From assembly GCA_030390025.1 (NCBI GenBank), contig CM059426.1, forward strand, positions 20,522,001 through 20,586,000: a stretch of 64,000 bases of DNA. The letters are read 5' to 3'. The stretch is from Squalus acanthias (Eukaryota). The notes under the pieces were generated by a model that was not told the origin of the DNA, searched no databases, and worked only from the letters and a program-made list of their open reading frames with translations. A program made the translations under genes and the position numbers. Within the stretch, counting starts at the first letter, position 1. Each line of letters starts with the position of its first letter. Of the stretch, positions 62,710 to 64,000 are shown in pieces.

Positions 62710-62845
62710 TCAATACAAACCGAAAATGCTGGAAATTCACTGCAGGTTTATTAGCATCTAAAAGATTAATGATTCGGTCCAGCCCTTCATCAGAATACCA
62801 GTTCTGAAGCGTACCATATCTGAAAAGTCAGCCTGTCTTTCCTAG
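62710..62845. mobile_element. Decayed Penelope inverted pLTR pair
   Basis: gaaaatgctggaaat..gcagg..agcatct is the reverse of the 14120-14160 tail; cccttcatcagaa is a reversed CUGAUGAAGGG remnant. Confidence 0.55.
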
Positions 62846-62899
62846 GGCTTCCTCCCCCTCATGCTTTAGCAGGTTTACCCCTTACAGATCAGAAAGGAT

Positions 62900-63240
62900 G
62901 CAGGTGCAATCCATATATGGAAGTAGTTAATCTCAACCAGGGTGTTGGTGGAGATGCTACAAGTGGCCTCAGTATGCTTTGGTCAGACAGGGGAGGGAAG
63001 GGGAGACATAATCAGGCAGACTTCCTGCTCCTGATCGTCCCAGCAACCTTTACTGAAAGACCGACAGTGTGCACAAATATTGGGGTGTGATATGATGCCC
63101 TCCACAGTTGAATAGTCCAACGCTGACAACTCTTACAGGAGGAATGGATACTTGAGCGAGGTACCATAGGGAAATGGACACCCGTAATACTGTATGTCAC
63201 TAAACTGTCAACGCCTTTAACAGAGGGAGGAATAAAATAA
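62900..63240 (+). mobile_element. Ancient SINE-like dispersed repeat (same family as 6490-6720)
   Basis: ggcctcagt..gggaggg..aatcagg..ttcctgctcctgatcg..tgatgccctccacagttgaatag..acttgagcgaggtacc. Confidence 0.6.
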
Positions 63241-64000
63241 CAAGAAAATTCTTTCTTCTGCGTGCCTGCTGGCATCACTGATGGCTAGGCTTCCTTACTT
63301 AGACAGCATAATGGAGCTGATACTGGCCCTACTTTATTGCATCATACAATAGTATTTTGCAAGAAAGTGATTAGATAAAATGCCTTATACGGGATTGATT
63401 TTACTAGAAAACATCAGCACAGAGATTCAGCACACAATCAGGAATTAAGTCAAATGTCGATAGTAAAGTGTGGGGAAAATCAGTGCAATTATACAAGCTA
63501 AACTTGAACAGAGCATAGTTTATCTTGGAAGTCAATTGTTTTATAGACTGCCATTTTGTATTCCTCCCAAATACTGTTTAGAGGTAGTGGGTGTATCTTT
63601 TTAAATTCTTGTGTTCCTAATACAGTTCAGTTAAGTAACATTGTATTGTGCTATACGAGAGGCAGCACTATAAACAGAAATACACTGGGGTCCATTTTCA
63701 TTGCCTCTGCCGGGCAGGAACTGGATGGTAGCACTCTTAAAATCGGGGGCTGACCTTACTGATCCATTCCCGCTCCCAACTTGCTCTCCGCCATTTCCAA
63801 CCAGTCCTGGAAGTGGATGGCAAGAACCCCAGCCTTTTTCAGACAGTACCTCATTGGGGTCCTATGACGTACATAGGACCCTGATGCAATATTGAGTTAC
63901 TAATGGGCGGTCCGTGGACTGCTGATTTGTACTAGGTGTAGAGCGGCCTAATCAGTGGTCCTCACAGGAACAGTTGCAGGCCACTCACAAAAAACATTGT

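Overview
Eukaryotic, repeat-rich genomic DNA, most likely from a cartilaginous fish (shark). This is inferred from the repeat complement: CR1/HER1-type LINEs, an HE1-like V-SINE, Deu-domain SINEs and Penelope fragments. The only host protein-coding sequence I can support is LRRTM1 (single coding exon, 57755-59332, +). In jawed vertebrates LRRTM1 lies antisense inside a large CTNNA2 intron, so the window is probably intronic to CTNNA2 on the minus strand; I found no CTNNA2 exon. The rest is layered transposable-element sequence. It includes about 20 CR1 pieces (one with a nearly intact ORF2), a second Jockey-group LINE family, L2 relics and several SINE families. There is one young Gypsy LTR element with CsRn1-clade hallmarks (245-bp LTRs, tRNA-Trp PBS, ATAC TSD). 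A decayed PIF/Harbinger transposase is accompanied by a Myb/SANT-like fragment and at least five MITEs. Penelope-derived inserts carry minimal hammerhead ribozyme motifs. A roughly 2.9-kb polypurine GATCGAAG(n) minisatellite is split into three blocks by CR1 sequence. All family assignments come from motif recognition by eye, with no database search. Repeat boundaries are approximate unless a TSD or TIR is quoted.
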